Positions 44,034 through 45,318 of a stretch of DNA of 45,318 bases are shown here, piece by piece; position 1 is the first letter of the stretch, and every line of letters begins with the position of its first letter. A model generated the notes under the pieces. That model made no database searches. It was not told where the DNA came from and saw only the letters and a list, made by a program, of their open reading frames with translations. Origin of the DNA: a virus (Duplodnaviria > Caudoviricetes); the IMG/VR virus record IMGVR_UViG_3300033416_000013, positions 1 to 45,318 of that record. One strand, written 5' to 3'. A program made the translations under genes and the position numbers.

Positions 44034-44491
44034 TCTCCCCCCAGGGCCGACTTGAGCTCGCGCTCAATGTACTGCTCCAAATTGCGGGAGTTGGCTTCCA
44101 CCGTCCGGGACAGGTAGGGCCTGGGGACCATATTGTTGGTGCCTTGCTCCAAGTAGGGGGCGTAGTCAACGTCCTTGTCGGCCCCCACCTCAAGCTCCGT
44201 GCCCCCCACCTGGAATTTCAGCCCGCGCGCCAACTTGCCCGTAAACGTGGCCGGACTCTCCCCAGGGGCGGATGCTTGGTGCCGGTACTGCCTTCCAGCA
44301 GGCCCCTTGCGCAGCAGATACACCTTCCCGGATTTTTTTTCTTTGCGGATGTAGTCCCGGGCGTCCCTCACCATATCCCGGCCCGCATACCACAGGCCCT
44401 TGCGCACGGCCCAGGTCGCCTCAAGCGATTGCTTGGATATTTGCACGATCGCGCGCCGGTTGCCTGGGTCAGGCTTAAACTCCACGCTCAT
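44030..44491 (-). CDS. HK97 gp10-like neck protein
   Basis: HQASAPGESPATFTGKL, YAPYLEQGTNNMVPRPYL. Confidence 0.88.
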   Translation of the reverse strand: MSVEFKPDPGNRRAIVQISKQSLEATWAVRKGLWYAGRDMVRDARDYIRKEKKSGKVYLLRKGPAGRQYRHQASAPGESPATFTGKLARGLKFQVGGTELEVGADKDVDYAPYLEQGTNNMVPRPYLSRTVEANSRNLEQYIERELKSALGGE

Positions 44492-44874
44492 GCGTTGGCC
44501 CCGTTGGATGTTGCCCCGCGCTTGGTGGTTCTGAGGCGCAAAAATTCGCGGCGTTCGTCCAGGTCGTCTACCCCCAGCACCTCGTAATACTCGCCTCGGT
44601 ACTCGATCCGCACCTGGTTGTCTACCCCAGCCCGGTAGCGGATGTAAAATTCGGTTGTTCCCACGCGCTGGATGGCTGTTCCGTCGATCACCTCAGACCC
44701 GGACACGGTCTTGACCATGGCCTTGACGGTTACGGCGCTGGCGTAGGAGCGGGTGTAATCAACCTGTCCGGCGGTGGCGGGGGCAATGCTGACCGGCCAC
44801 AGCTTGATGCTCTCGCGCATGTCCCCCAAGCATACCCTGCGCATTGGCCTGCTGATGGGGGTGCACTTGGCCAT
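44488..44874 (-). CDS. Head closure / head-tail joining protein
   Basis: GDMRESI, FYIRYRAGV, RIEYRGEYYEVLGVDDLDERREFLRL; TAATG coupling. Confidence 0.87.
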   Translation of the reverse strand: MAKCTPISRPMRRVCLGDMRESIKLWPVSIAPATAGQVDYTRSYASAVTVKAMVKTVSGSEVIDGTAIQRVGTTEFYIRYRAGVDNQVRIEYRGEYYEVLGVDDLDERREFLRLRTTKRGATSNGANA

Positions 44875-45318
44875 TAGATCACCCTCATGACACGGTACGG
44901 GGCGAAGGCCCTCATGATTGCCGACGGGGGGTTGCTCACGTCGCAGTCCCCCCGGTTGGTGTAGGCCCAGCCGACAAATTGCAGCAGAGCCATACGGATT
45001 CCGGCGGGCACGTCGCCTGCCGCCGCCCCGTACCCGGCGGTAAACTCTATGGTCACGTTTTTGCGTTGGTCGTCCAGGTCGGTGGGCCATGATTTGCCAG
45101 CCGCCAGGCACACCTGGGCATTGCGAGATGCGGATGGTACAACCCAATCCGTGGATGGCATGGTGGACAGCGCCCCAGCCGACAGGTACTTGACCGCGCT
45201 AACGGTGGACACGGGGGAGATGGGGAGTTCGACGGCGTTAAAAATCGGAAAATCAGAAAAAATAAACTTGAGCGTGCGGTTGATAAAGGCCCTGCCCGTG
45301 TAAGCCTCGCCCCACTCG
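44874..45318 (-). CDS. Head-tail connector, 3' part (begins at 288)
   Basis: VTIEFTAGYG, VPAGIRMALLQFVGWAYTNRG, PYR. Confidence 0.87.
   Translation of the reverse strand, partial: EWGEAYTGRAFINRTLKFIFSDFPIFNAVELPISPVSTVSAVKYLSAGALSTMPSTDWVVPSASRNAQVCLAAGKSWPTDLDDQRKNVTIEFTAGYGAAAGDVPAGIRMALLQFVGWAYTNRGDCDVSNPPSAIMRAFAPYRVMRVI
45192..45318. repeat. Terminal overlap identical to 1-127
   Basis: Exact match. Confidence 0.95.

Overview
The window is an apparently complete, circular ~45,191-bp tailed phage genome; bases 1-127 repeat exactly at 45192-45318, and a head-tail connector gene reads in frame across the join. It pairs an HK97-type head (TerL, portal, MuF-like protein, prohead protease, major capsid) with a Mu-like contractile tail (sheath, tube, chaperone with a probable -1 frameshift, tape measure, gpN, gp44-48, fibre). 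An embedded Rz/Rz1 spanin pair points to a Gram-negative host. Transcription diverges from a promoter pair at ~17.04-17.14 kb. The leftward arm runs terS-like gene, ~9.4 kb of accessory genes, head, tail, lysis. The rightward arm holds regulators, a replication initiator plus DnaC-like ATPase, a YqaJ nuclease plus putative annealing protein, and small accessory ORFs. I found no integrase or S24-type repressor. The most unusual content is non-coding: four tRNAs (Gly-TCC twice, Ile2/Met-CAT, Thr-TGT) and three non-standard tRNA-shaped RNAs. Two of the latter form a nearly gap-free array with tRNA-Gly directly behind a RelA/SpoT-hydrolase-like HD gene whose stop codon lies inside the first RNA. 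Other highlights are two pairs of long inverted repeats straddling the divergence point, an orphan receiver-domain protein, a second tail-tube gene and a cement-like gene outside the structural modules, a three-member paralog family, and an HNH-like gene split by a 10-bp VNTR and a C run. All calls come from motif recognition and manual folding; no searches were run.
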